A DNA stretch of 61,888 nucleotides from a virus (taxonomy: Duplodnaviria; Caudoviricetes), in IMG/VR virus record IMGVR_UViG_3300045243_000060, positions 1-61,888 of that record; one strand, given 5' to 3'. The notes under the pieces are model-generated. The model worked only from the letters and a program-made list of their open reading frames with translations. It had not been told where the DNA came from and did not search any database. This document shows, one piece after another, positions 26,883-36,766 of the stretch. The position numbers and the translations under genes were made by a program. Within the stretch, counting starts at the first letter, position 1. Each line of letters begins with the position of its first letter.

Positions 26883-28511
26883 GTGACGCTGCCGCCGATC
26901 CACTTCCCGACGTTGGGTTGGCAGGTCATCGACTGGATTGAGGAGTACCTGCCCCACGGACCGGGCGATGTCCAGGGCGACCCCATCGCGATAGACGACG
27001 AGATCGCGGCGCACCTGTGTTGGCTGTACCGCGTGTGGCCGCAGGGGCACCAGCTAGAGGGCAGGAGGCTTGTTCAGCGGGGAGTTCTCAGTCGGCCCAA
27101 GGGTAGGGCCAAGTCCGAGACCGCCGGGGAGCTAGTGTGTGCGGAGCTAGTCGGGCCAGTTCGGTGCGACGGGTTTGACGCGAACGGCGAGCCAGTCGGC
27201 GTCCCGGTCAAGCGGCCGTTCATCCGCTGTCTGGCGACCGAGGAGGACCAGGCGGGCAACACGTATGACAACGTCGTCTACATGCTCCAGGAGGGCAAGG
27301 TCGCGGACGAGTACCCGCTTGACGTCGGGCTGACGCGGACGTTCCTCAAGGGCGGCGACGGCGGCGAGGTACGACCGAGCACCGCTGCTAGCGCCAGCAA
27401 GGACGGCGGTCTCGAGAGCTTTGCGGTCGCGGACGAGACCCACCTGTACATCCAACGCAGCCACCGCCAGATGTACCGGACGGTCGCGCGCAACACCGGC
27501 AAGCGGAAGCTCGCGCAGCCCTGGATGTACGATACAACGACGGCGTGGGAACCCGGCGAGAACTCCATCGCCGAGCAGACGGCGGACCGCCACGCTCACC
27601 TGCCCGCTGATGAGGCTGTGACCAAGCACGGCGTTCTGTATGATCACCGACAGGGCGACGAGCCAAAGATGTTCGGCTCGGACGCGAGCTTGATCAAGGC
27701 GATGAAGGTCGGCTATGGTCCGGCCGCCGAGTGGATGGACTTCCACCGCATCGTCCGGATCATCCGCGACTCGGAGGACCCAGAGGCGGAGGCGTACCGC
27801 TACTTCCTCAACCGGGCCAAGGCGCCGGCATCGCATTGGCTGGCGCCGGACGACATCCAGGAGGCGCTGGTCCACGAGTCGATATGGGACAAGGGCATCC
27901 CGGTTGCTGCGGGCTTTGACGGGTCGCTGACGGACGACCATACGGCGCTATGGGTCTGCAACAAGCAGGGCATCATCCGGCCGGTCGGCATCTGGGCGCC
28001 GCAGGAGGGCCACGAGGAGGGTTGGGAGGTAGACGACGACGACGTGAGCCGAGCGGTCGATTGGATGTTTGAGCAGTTCCGCGTCGTCCGGTTCAACTGC
28101 GACCCGGCGTGGTGGCAGGCTGCTATCGGTAGTTGGGCGGAGCGTCACGGTTCACCGCCGGTCGTCGAGTGGTGGACCAACAAGGAGTCGCGGATGGCGG
28201 TCGCGACGGGCGCGCTCCGGACCGACATCCGGAAGGGCGACGTCAAGATTGATCCGATGCCGATGCTCACGGACCCGCAGACGCGAGCGAACAAGCCGCT
28301 GGCGGTCTGGCACTTTGAGAACGCGAGGGTGAAGAAGGTCGTCATCAGGCTTGACGACAAGGCGGAGGAAGCCTACATCACCCGCAAGGAACGGAAGGGC
28401 AGCCCGCTCAAGATCGACAGCGTGCCGGCGGCTGTCCTTGCGTACCGGGCGAGGCTGGACGGGCTGTCGGAGTTTGATGAACCGGAGTACACGAGCGTGT
28501 CCTGGCAATGA
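26883..28511 (+). CDS. terL: Terminase large subunit
   Basis: RPKGRAKSE Walker A, ATEEDQA, FAVADETH Walker B, nuclease GFDGS..DD and KIDS. Confidence 0.9.
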   Translation: MTLPPIHFPTLGWQVIDWIEEYLPHGPGDVQGDPIAIDDEIAAHLCWLYRVWPQGHQLEGRRLVQRGVLSRPKGRAKSETAGELVCAELVGPVRCDGFDANGEPVGVPVKRPFIRCLATEEDQAGNTYDNVVYMLQEGKVADEYPLDVGLTRTFLKGGDGGEVRPSTAASASKDGGLESFAVADETHLYIQRSHRQMYRTVARNTGKRKLAQPWMYDTTTAWEPGENSIAEQTADRHAHLPADEAVTKHGVLYDHRQGDEPKMFGSDASLIKAMKVGYGPAAEWMDFHRIVRIIRDSEDPEAEAYRYFLNRAKAPASHWLAPDDIQEALVHESIWDKGIPVAAGFDGSLTDDHTALWVCNKQGIIRPVGIWAPQEGHEEGWEVDDDDVSRAVDWMFEQFRVVRFNCDPAWWQAAIGSWAERHGSPPVVEWWTNKESRMAVATGALRTDIRKGDVKIDPMPMLTDPQTRANKPLAVWHFENARVKKVVIRLDDKAEEAYITRKERKGSPLKIDSVPAAVLAYRARLDGLSEFDEPEYTSVSWQ

Positions 28512-28593
28512 GCAAGCATCCGACGGCGGGCCTCTTTTTCGTGGCGTATCCAGTAGTATTGACGGCAGTTGGCTACTATACTAGGAGGGCACT

Positions 28594-28801
28594 ATGGATC
28601 AGAACGAGATCGACCGCATTCGTCGGCATCCGCTTGGAGCCGGCACCGGCGCCCGACAGCCTGACCGACCCGGTCTTGGTCGTCGAGTTCTCGGTGGAGG
28701 CGCCGACGTTCGCGGAGGCAGCGAACGTCGCCGAGGGCGAGGCGGACCGGCAGGGGCGCGGACCCGTCGAGTTTGTGAATGTGAAGCTCCGCGCGCTGTA
28801 G
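28594..28801 (+). pseudogene. Moron-like small gene with apparent 1-nt frameshift
   Basis: Promoter-like gtagtattgac and RBS ggaggg precede ATG 28594, but the high-GC3 frame (AFVGIRLEP...KLRAL) is +1 relative to it. Confidence 0.4.
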
Positions 28802-28891
28802 ACTCGGCGACGGGCGCGCATCTGATGGACAGACGGACGGCCCGCCATCCGGCGGGTCGTTCGCGTTCCGGGGTATAAGCTAGGAGGCAGC

Positions 28892-30355
28892 GTGGCAATA
28901 AAGGGCGTTCCCGACGACATCTCCGCCATCCTCGCGCGGCTCGGCGGCCACCTTGACCGGAGGCGCAAGGAGCACGTCAGTCTGCTGCGCTACCGCGACG
29001 GCGGCAGCCCGATCCCGGCGGCCGTCTCGCGAGCGCGAGTGACCAAGGCGTACCGGATGCTCATGCCGATGGCGGAGGCGCCGTGGGCCGACCTAGTGGT
29101 TGGGTCTACGATGGACCGGCTTGAGATCAACGGCGTGAACGACCCGGACAACAAGCAGCTAGCGGACAAGGCGTGGGGGCTGTGGCAAGAGAACGCGATG
29201 GACAACGAGTCCAAGATCGCGCACGACACGATCCTCACGGACGGTCGCGCTTGCGCGCTGGTCTGGAAGGAACCCGGCGAGGACTCGGCGGAGATCTACC
29301 TTGACAGCATGGCGACGACCATCGTGGAGTACGCGCCAGGCTCGCGGCGGAGGCGGACGGCAGCGATGCGCTACTGGATCGACGGTACGACGCCGTACGC
29401 GAACATCTACACGGACACCGGCATCTACAAGTTCAAGGGACCGCCCAACAGCGCCAGCCCGCTTGGCACCCAGTGGGAGCGGTACCAACCGGAGGGCGAT
29501 CAGGAATGGCCGGTGACCCATGAGCTTGGCGAGGTTCCGGTTGTCGAGATCGGGATCAACCGGCGCCTGAAGCCGGGACGCTACCCGTTCGCTCGCGGCG
29601 AGTATGAACACTGTCTGGGGCTGATCGACCGCATCAACTTGCTGACGTTCCTGGGGCTGGTCGTCGCGTTCTGGATGGGGTTCCCGCTGCGGGGCGTGAT
29701 CGGCCAGCGAGTCCTCAAGGACGACAACGGTGACGTCATCCCACCGTTCGATTCGACGGCGGGCGGCATCTTCCAGTTGGAGAACCCGGAGGCGAAGCTT
29801 GGCGAGTTTGCGGCCGCCGACCGGAGCAACCTGAGCGTGTTCAGCGAGCTTGCTCAGCTGGCCATGATCACCAAGACGCCGCGCCACTACTTCCCGATGG
29901 AGGGCGGACTGGTCAACCTCTCCGCCGACGCCATCCGCGCCAGCGAGGGCGCGCTACACGCGAAGGTCGCCAACTACCAACCGCAACTCGGTGAGGGTTG
30001 GATCGACGTGATGCGGCTCCAGACCAAGTGGGAGGGCGACGGCGTACTGTCGCCACGAGCGTCCATCCAGTGGGCCGACAAGGAGTCGCGTTCGCTGGCG
30101 GAGCGCGCCGACGCCGCGAGCAAGCTCAAGGACATCCTCCCCGGCGTCGCCATCGCGGAGCGCATCATGGGCTTCAGTCGCGACGACTGGCGCGGCTGGC
30201 AGTCCGAGACGAGCGGCAACGCGATCACCAACCTCATGCAGCAAGTCGCGAACGGCAGCCAGCCCGTGACCATCCAAGTTGGTCACAGCCAGCCGAACGG
30301 CAAGGGCGCTCCGGGCCTGCCAACTGGTCAGCCCGATGGCAAGCCAACTAGCTGA
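28892..30355 (+). CDS. Portal protein (SPP1 gp6-like)
   Basis: 487 aa after terL; W..LVV....DRL..G, WQEN.MD, IDRIN, SADAIRA, ADAASKL. Confidence 0.85.
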   Translation: MAIKGVPDDISAILARLGGHLDRRRKEHVSLLRYRDGGSPIPAAVSRARVTKAYRMLMPMAEAPWADLVVGSTMDRLEINGVNDPDNKQLADKAWGLWQENAMDNESKIAHDTILTDGRACALVWKEPGEDSAEIYLDSMATTIVEYAPGSRRRRTAAMRYWIDGTTPYANIYTDTGIYKFKGPPNSASPLGTQWERYQPEGDQEWPVTHELGEVPVVEIGINRRLKPGRYPFARGEYEHCLGLIDRINLLTFLGLVVAFWMGFPLRGVIGQRVLKDDNGDVIPPFDSTAGGIFQLENPEAKLGEFAAADRSNLSVFSELAQLAMITKTPRHYFPMEGGLVNLSADAIRASEGALHAKVANYQPQLGEGWIDVMRLQTKWEGDGVLSPRASIQWADKESRSLAERADAASKLKDILPGVAIAERIMGFSRDDWRGWQSETSGNAITNLMQQVANGSQPVTIQVGHSQPNGKGAPGLPTGQPDGKPTS

Positions 30356-32213
30356 CGCGCACGCCAAAGAACAGCGGCTGTTGCGACAGACCATCGCCGA
30401 CGAGGTTGTCAGGCTTTGGAACGGGCTGCCGGATCACAGCGACGCGGGCCTGGCGGAGTTCATGCGGGTCGCGCTGCCGCTCATCGACGCTGGACAGCGC
30501 CACGCCATCAGCCTGACGGACGCGTACTACGCCCAAGAGATGGAGCGGCGGCCGTACGGCATCGACGCTGACGCGATCATCGCCGGCATCAGGGGTGACG
30601 TCCGACCGGAGGAGGTCTACAGGCGAGGGTTCGTCACCCTCTGGACGGTGTTCAAGAACCGGGCCGGAACGTACGACACGGTCAACCCCGGAGTCGTCCG
30701 TGACATCGTCGCGCGGGTCAAGTTGGACCTGCTGCTAGCGGCGACCCACACAAGCCGGTACATCGCGACTCGCGACCCACACATCTATGGCACCTGGCGG
30801 GTCGTCAGCGGGACTTGCGACCTATGCATCGACGCGTTGTCTAACGCGACTCCTCAGACGGGCCTGCAGCCCGTACACCCTGGCTGTGAGTGTGCGTTTG
30901 AGCCCATTACGTCGTCGCGTACGGCGCGACAGGTGCTTCCTACGTCGCGAGCGATGGCGCAACAGAACCTCCGGGTGACGTCGATCAAGCAGCACGGCGA
31001 GTACGGCCCGGAGCTAGTCGATGACGCCAAGCTCAAGAAGGGCAAGGGCTTTGAGGGCAATCTGGACGATGAGCCAGCGAGTAGCATGTCAGCGGTCGGG
31101 CGCATCCAGGTCAAGCCTCCGACGACGACAGCGCGCCACGCCATCAGCGATGTCAACTCTGTCCATCGGCTACCGGAGGGCGCGCACCGGCTGACGGTTG
31201 GCACCGAGACGCGGGGCGGTCGGTCGCTGTCGAGTAATGCCGGCGCGTACTATGCCCCGGACGCTTGGGTGGCTCGGCTCGCCAAGGGCGGACTCCGGAT
31301 GGGCGTCGACTATCAAGAGGCTGCTATGCAGCACGAGTTTGGGCACTACCTGGACAACGTGTTCGCCAAGATGCTGCGCGACGAGCTTGGCATGGACGCG
31401 CAGCATCTCCGGTGGACCTATCCGGGCGGACGGATGTTCTACCTGTCCACGATGCGGACGGACTTGGAGCGGATGGCAGGAACAAGCGCGAGCATGGACG
31501 CGAAGTTGTCAGCCGAGATGCGCCAGCTAGCAGCCGACTCGCAAGAGATCATGTCGGCGCTCCGGGCGAGCAAGGAGTGGAACGGCCCGCTGGACGCCTA
31601 CTGCGGCAACAGTAGTGCCAAGATCGCGCACTACAAGAGCGACTTTGAGACCTGGGCGCGAGCTTACAACGAGTACATCTCCCTGAAGCGCGGCGACGAC
31701 TTGGTGACCGCTGCGCTCGGCGCGGACCCTATTGAGATCGGCAAGGGCATCCAGTGGGACCCGGTTTGGTTTGAGAAGAACATCAGCCCGTTGTTTGACA
31801 AGCTGCTACGGAACATGGGCCTGCTCAAGGAGGCTGCCGAGGAAACGCTCAAGGGCGGCCCCAAGCCGGTCGTCGGCGGAGGGCGCGCGGCAGCGGCCGT
31901 CGATGTAGACGAGATCGTTGTCAAGGCGGCGCGGCTCCGGAAGGAAGGGCGGACCTGGGATGAGGTTCGGAGTCAGCTTGGGGTGACGTGGACCGATACC
32001 AAGTTTCGGAACGGCATGCGCAAGGTCGGCTATGACACGAGCGGAGCGTTTGGCGGCACAGCGGAGCAAGCAGCCGGCATCATGGCAACGCTACGTCGCG
32101 CCGGGTCCACCTGGCAGTACGTCCGCGACGCGTTCGGCGAGTCGTGGACCGACACCAAGATGCGGAAGATGTTGAAGGACTGGGGCTACAACAGCAACGG
32201 CGAAAGGGGTTGA
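30336..32213 (+). CDS. MuF-like minor head protein fused to a zincin-like metallopeptidase and tandem C-terminal repeats
   Basis: CDLC...HPGCEC MuF-type motif; HEFGH..D and ETWARAY; two WTDTK repeats. Confidence 0.7.
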   Translation: MASQLADAHAKEQRLLRQTIADEVVRLWNGLPDHSDAGLAEFMRVALPLIDAGQRHAISLTDAYYAQEMERRPYGIDADAIIAGIRGDVRPEEVYRRGFVTLWTVFKNRAGTYDTVNPGVVRDIVARVKLDLLLAATHTSRYIATRDPHIYGTWRVVSGTCDLCIDALSNATPQTGLQPVHPGCECAFEPITSSRTARQVLPTSRAMAQQNLRVTSIKQHGEYGPELVDDAKLKKGKGFEGNLDDEPASSMSAVGRIQVKPPTTTARHAISDVNSVHRLPEGAHRLTVGTETRGGRSLSSNAGAYYAPDAWVARLAKGGLRMGVDYQEAAMQHEFGHYLDNVFAKMLRDELGMDAQHLRWTYPGGRMFYLSTMRTDLERMAGTSASMDAKLSAEMRQLAADSQEIMSALRASKEWNGPLDAYCGNSSAKIAHYKSDFETWARAYNEYISLKRGDDLVTAALGADPIEIGKGIQWDPVWFEKNISPLFDKLLRNMGLLKEAAEETLKGGPKPVVGGGRAAAAVDVDEIVVKAARLRKEGRTWDEVRSQLGVTWTDTKFRNGMRKVGYDTSGAFGGTAEQAAGIMATLRRAGSTWQYVRDAFGESWTDTKMRKMLKDWGYNSNGERG

Positions 32214-32214
32214 C

Positions 32215-32394
32215 GTGGCAGACGAGTTGACGCAGCGAGAAGCGATCCTGCTCAAGCGGCTGGACGCCGCGAAGAACGACGACGCGGCAGCGGACAAGAT
32301 CATCGAGGAGTACGCGAAGTCGGAGGGCATCAGCGTCGGAGCGGCCCGGATGTTCATTGGGCATCTCCAGGCGCCGCCTGAAATAACGGTGTAA
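32215..32394 (+). CDS. Small helical protein, possible MuF-extension partner
   Basis: GTG start 1 nt after the MuF stop; 59 aa, high GC3. Confidence 0.5.
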   Translation: MADELTQREAILLKRLDAAKNDDAAADKIIEEYAKSEGISVGAARMFIGHLQAPPEITV

Positions 32395-32462
32395 TGACTT
32401 GGCTTGCTGCGGCGTCGCGGTAGGCTATTCCGCGTGAACCCACTACAACGAGCTACCGAACG

Positions 32463-33329
32463 GTGCTCAAGGAGGTCGGCCGAACGGTGACCCGATTCAT
32501 GGAGGCTGTGAGAAGGCGACTCCGGTACATCTGGCTAGGGCTGACGCTCAAGCCAATGTCCGGCGCCGACGACGCCGAGGGCGAAGGCAAGCCCGACGAC
32601 GGCGACGGCAAGCCCGACGACAAGGGCGGCGAAGGCAAGCCCGCTGAGGGCGACGGCGAGGACAAGCCATTTGACCGCGAGTCAGAGGGCGACGACGACG
32701 ACGCCAGGCATTGGAAGTCGATGTCACGCCGGAACGAGAACGAGGCGAAGCGGCTCAAGAAGGAGAACGAGCGTCTCGCAAAGGAAGCGAAGGAACGCGC
32801 CGACAAGGACAAGTCGGAGCAAGAGAAGGCGATTGAGGCGGCACGCGCCGAGGGCGAGCAAAAGGCGTCCAAGGCAGCGGAGTCCTCAAGGCGTCAGGAC
32901 CGGCTCGAGAACGCCGTGATCCGCTCGGCCGCAAAGGGCGTGAAGGTCACGGAGGGAAAGGGCGATGACGCGAAGGAAGTCACCGTCCGGTTCCGCGACC
33001 CGGAGGACGCGTTGCTCCATTTGCAGCGAGCCATCCGGAACGGTGACGTCAACGAGGACGACATCTTCAACAGCGAAGGGCGAGTGAACGACAGCGAAGT
33101 GCAGAGCGCGCTAGCTGAGTTGCTCTCCGACAAGACGTACCTCCGCGCTGGCGGCGAGGAAGGCGGAAAGCCATCCAAGCCAGAGCCGAAAGGCAGCGGC
33201 GACGGCGGCAAGGGCGGTGAAGGGTCCGATGAGAAGACTCTGGACAACATGACTCCGGAGGAACACTTCAATCGGATTCGGAAGCACGGCCCGCAAACCG
33301 GCGAGACCGTAAGGTCTGTCGGCCCGTAG
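32463..33329 (+). CDS. Capsid scaffolding protein
   Basis: Acidic/Gly N-terminus, WKSMSRRNE, coiled coil, directly before the MCP; exact start uncertain. Confidence 0.8.
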   Translation: MLKEVGRTVTRFMEAVRRRLRYIWLGLTLKPMSGADDAEGEGKPDDGDGKPDDKGGEGKPAEGDGEDKPFDRESEGDDDDARHWKSMSRRNENEAKRLKKENERLAKEAKERADKDKSEQEKAIEAARAEGEQKASKAAESSRRQDRLENAVIRSAAKGVKVTEGKGDDAKEVTVRFRDPEDALLHLQRAIRNGDVNEDDIFNSEGRVNDSEVQSALAELLSDKTYLRAGGEEGGKPSKPEPKGSGDGGKGGEGSDEKTLDNMTPEEHFNRIRKHGPQTGETVRSVGP

Positions 33330-33397
33330 TAGCGCAGCGGGCTTCACCGAACGGTGGCCTACACCCTGACAAACGACGGAAAGGAATCGTAGGTCAC

Positions 33398-34300
33398 ATG
33401 GCCAATACGTTCATCACACCGACAGTCATCAGCGCAACTGGGCTGGCGACTCTGTACAACACGATGGTCCTCGCACCGCTTGTCTGGAGGGACTTCGAGT
33501 CCGACTTCAACAACAAGCAGGGCGACACCATCAACGTCCGCAAGCCCGCGACGTTCACTGCTGAGGTATTCAACCGCAGCAACGGGATCGACCTGCAGGA
33601 CGCGACGGAAGACACCATCGCGCTGACGCTGGACACGATTGCCAACGTCAGCTTCGCGGTCACCGACGAGCAGATGACGCTGGAGATCCAGGACTTCTCC
33701 AATCAGCTGCTCACCCCGGCGATGGAGGCAATCGCGCAGAAGATCGACGGCGACCTGGCAGACGAGTTGGTCGCTGCCGCTGTCGCTGCCGGTCAAGTCG
33801 CCCACGCAACGGAGAGCCTTGCCAACAAGGCGTTCCGGGCGGCACGCGCGGCGCTGTCCCGCAACAAGCACCCGATCACCGACCGTTACGCGGTGCTCTC
33901 CCCGGAGGGCACGAGCGCGGCGCTCGGCGACGACCTGCTCATCTCCGCCAACCGCGCCGGCACCACCGACGCGCTGCGCGAGGCGAACATCGGTCGTCTG
34001 CTCGGATTCGACACCTATGAGACACAGGTGCTCGGAGTCGGGCCTGGCGCCAAGGGGATGGCGGACGGCGTGGCGTTCCACCGCACGGCGGTGACGCTGG
34101 CGGTTCGTCCGCTCGACACCCCCAAGGGGCTGGCCGCATCACAGGCGAGCGTCCAGTCCTACAAGGGCGTCTCCATGCGAACGGTCTACGCGTACAACAA
34201 CACCTACAAGCAGGACGAGGTCAGCATCGACGTCCTGTACGGGGTGGACACCACGCGTCAGAACGCAGCGGTGGAGATCGATCTGGGCCAGGGTAGCTAA
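33398..34300 (+). CDS. Major capsid protein (HK97 fold)
   Basis: MANTFITP, RDF..DF...GDTINVRKP, AFHRTA, DVLYGV. Confidence 0.85.
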   Translation: MANTFITPTVISATGLATLYNTMVLAPLVWRDFESDFNNKQGDTINVRKPATFTAEVFNRSNGIDLQDATEDTIALTLDTIANVSFAVTDEQMTLEIQDFSNQLLTPAMEAIAQKIDGDLADELVAAAVAAGQVAHATESLANKAFRAARAALSRNKHPITDRYAVLSPEGTSAALGDDLLISANRAGTTDALREANIGRLLGFDTYETQVLGVGPGAKGMADGVAFHRTAVTLAVRPLDTPKGLAASQASVQSYKGVSMRTVYAYNNTYKQDEVSIDVLYGVDTTRQNAAVEIDLGQGS

Positions 34301-34319
34301 CCCGGCTCACCGACACCAG

Positions 34320-34372
34320 TTGAGCTAGCGACCCGCTCCGGTTCCTCGATGGCCGGGGCGGGTCCGGCTCAG
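34320..34372 (+). terminator. Long hairpin after the capsid gene
   Basis: gacccgctccggtt...ggccggggcgggtc with outer tgagc/gctca pairing. Confidence 0.45.
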
Positions 34373-34389
34373 CGGAAGGAGACGACACC

Positions 34390-34896
34390 TTGTCAATCGT
34401 TGCATCGGACATCAAGTACCGGCTCAGCGGAGGATCGGGCAACACCACCCCCGATGCTTCGCTCGGCGGAGCGAAGTCCTCCACCGCGATCACGGACAAC
34501 ACCGACAACAACCTGTTCGATGACGTCAGCGGCAACGAGCACACCGCAGGCGACACCGAGTACCGCTGCATCTACATCCACAACAATCACGGTTCGCTGA
34601 CGCTGACGAGCGCGGTCGTCTGGGTTCAGTCGCCAACGTCCGGCGCTGACGACGAGATCGCCATTGGCGTCGGAACGGCGGCCGTGAACGGCACCGAGCA
34701 GACGGTGGCCGACGATAGCAGCGCGCCAAGCGGCGTGTCGTTCTCGGCGCCCGCCAGTCGGGCGGCCGGTCTGGCGCTCGGCGACATCCCCGCCGGTCAG
34801 CACAAGGCCGTGTGGATTCGGCGGATTGTCAGCGCGGGTTCAACGCCACAGTCGGCGGACACCTGTCAGATTCAGGCTGGCGGCGACACACTCTAG
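34390..34896 (+). CDS. Virion structural protein (head decoration-like)
   Basis: NNLFDDVSG.E...GDTEYRCIYIHN...AVWIRR; follows the MCP. Confidence 0.6.
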   Translation: MSIVASDIKYRLSGGSGNTTPDASLGGAKSSTAITDNTDNNLFDDVSGNEHTAGDTEYRCIYIHNNHGSLTLTSAVVWVQSPTSGADDEIAIGVGTAAVNGTEQTVADDSSAPSGVSFSAPASRAAGLALGDIPAGQHKAVWIRRIVSAGSTPQSADTCQIQAGGDTL

Positions 34897-34915
34897 CCAG
34901 CGGAGATAACGGGCT

Positions 34916-36766
34916 ATGGCCCGTATGCTGACAGACGGGGCGGAGCACCAGAAGGCTCCATCCACGACAGCGGGCGAGGACGGTTCCGGCGAGTTCATCT
35001 CTTGCGCCGGAACGGTCGGCATCAACACCACGAACCCGCGCAGCGGAGCGGCGTGCTACTCGTGCGCGCCATCCGCCGCCAACTACTGGCAGAAGCCAAC
35101 TCTGTTGGTGGCGCTCGCCAACAGCTACTTCCTGCGCTTCGCGTTCCGGTTCGACGCGACGCCATCGCAGGCGTGTACCATCGCGGGGCTACACAACGGG
35201 ACGGCGTTCTGCTTTCAGGTCCACCTGAACACCAGCAAGCAGCTAGGTCTGCTTGATACATCGGGCGCGCTGATCGGCTCGAGAACGTCGGCGCTGACGG
35301 TCAACAACTGGTACGTGGTCGAGGTATCGTGGCAGCAAAAGGCGTCAGGGAACGGCATCGTAGCGTGGAGGATCGCGGACACCGTGACAAACCTCCTCAC
35401 CGACGTCATCACCCTGGCGAACGCTGACATCAACAACACCGTCGCCGACCGGATGAGGATCGGCCACATCACGGCGGGGGAGACAGCGATGACGGTCCTC
35501 CTAGACGACATCGCGATCAACGACACGAGCACTTCTGACCAGAACAGCTGGTGCGACTGGCGCGGCAAGATCCTTCACGCGCTGCCGGTTAGCGACAACT
35601 CGGTTGGCACCGGGTGGCTAACGGCAGCGGGTGGCAGCACCAACCTCTTCAACGACGTTGACAACGTACCGCCGACCGGCGTGGCAGCGACGCCGACGAC
35701 CGGACAGACGCAGATCAAGAACGCAGACGCGACAGCGGGACAGTTGAACTACGTCGCGAACGTCCAGAGCTACACGACCGTTGGCGTACCGTCCGGCGCC
35801 ACCATCGCTTGGGTTCGTTCCGGCTGGCGCTGCGCTGGAAGCTCAATCACCGGCACCAACAACGCGCTTCTCACGCTACTGTCGAACCCGGCCGATGCGG
35901 GAGCCAGCACGTTCACCGATGGCTTTGACCCGGTGGCATCGGCGGAGTCGGCGGGTGCCGGCTCCAACACCTGGCGCACCGGGCTGACGCCATACAACTA
36001 CAGCCCATCGGTCACGCGTGGGACACAGCCCACCATCCGGCTAGGCAAGAACTCCGCCAGCACTCGTGTCGCGATGGCGGACCAGGCGTGGGTCCAGATT
36101 GAGTACGTCCCGACGAACGTAGACGCGACGGCGGCGACCCTCAAGTGGGACCTGCCAGCGGCGGTGAACGCGTCGGCGGACTCGCTGCTATGGGACTTGA
36201 GGACGGCCGTCAACTCTGCGGCGGAGTCGCTGTTGTGGGATCTCCGGTCGCAGGTGGACTCGGCCGCCGAGTCGCTGCTATGGGACCTGCGGTCGCTTGT
36301 CAACGCAGCGGCGGACTCGCTGCTATGGGACCTGCGTGGAGCGGTCGGCCAGACGCTGACGCTGGACTGGGACTTGGGCGAGGCTATCAACGGTCTGACG
36401 TCGATGCTCAAGTGGGACCTGGCCGCCGAGGTAGACCAGACGCAAACGTTCCTCTGGGACATGATCGCGCAGGTCAACGCCGACGCGGAGCGGCTGCTAT
36501 GGGACTTGCCGATCCCGGTCAACTCGCTGGCGGAGTCGTTCGTTTGGGACATCCCTGGCGTCGCCAACGCGGACCCGCTACGGATTCTCTGGGACCTTCG
36601 CGGGGCTGTGAGCAACCCGGCGACGTTCCAATGGGGCCTGGCGAGTACGCTGGACGCCGAGGCGCTGACGCTGCTATGGAGGCTGTGGGGCTTTGAGCAT
36701 CGCACCCGTCCGTTCATGACGTCGGCTCTGGACCTAGAGTCGGCGATACACTTGAGGAGGACTTAG
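34916..36766 (+). CDS. Head fibre-like protein: lectin/LamG-like head plus repeat shaft
   Basis: Beta-rich N-terminus (WYVVEV, LLDDIAIND); about 13 C-terminal repeats of 14-15 aa. Confidence 0.6.
   Translation: MARMLTDGAEHQKAPSTTAGEDGSGEFISCAGTVGINTTNPRSGAACYSCAPSAANYWQKPTLLVALANSYFLRFAFRFDATPSQACTIAGLHNGTAFCFQVHLNTSKQLGLLDTSGALIGSRTSALTVNNWYVVEVSWQQKASGNGIVAWRIADTVTNLLTDVITLANADINNTVADRMRIGHITAGETAMTVLLDDIAINDTSTSDQNSWCDWRGKILHALPVSDNSVGTGWLTAAGGSTNLFNDVDNVPPTGVAATPTTGQTQIKNADATAGQLNYVANVQSYTTVGVPSGATIAWVRSGWRCAGSSITGTNNALLTLLSNPADAGASTFTDGFDPVASAESAGAGSNTWRTGLTPYNYSPSVTRGTQPTIRLGKNSASTRVAMADQAWVQIEYVPTNVDATAATLKWDLPAAVNASADSLLWDLRTAVNSAAESLLWDLRSQVDSAAESLLWDLRSLVNAAADSLLWDLRGAVGQTLTLDWDLGEAINGLTSMLKWDLAAEVDQTQTFLWDMIAQVNADAERLLWDLPIPVNSLAESFVWDIPGVANADPLRILWDLRGAVSNPATFQWGLASTLDAEALTLLWRLWGFEHRTRPFMTSALDLESAIHLRRT
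36118..36690 (+). repeat. Coding tandem repeat of about 45 bp (VNxxAxSLLWDLRxx)
   Basis: Recurring tcgctgctatgggac core, in frame in 34916..36766. Confidence 0.8.

Noticed and set aside
25785-27050. Long minus-strand ORFs (also 1579..2601, 11663..12547, 51947..52906, 55167..56384)
   Set aside because: Antisense shadows of high-GC3 plus-strand genes, with no motifs or RBS
36118-36690. 45-bp periodic repeats as a CRISPR array or DGR template
   Set aside because: The repeats are in-frame coding units without unique spacers; no cas operon or reverse transcriptase is present
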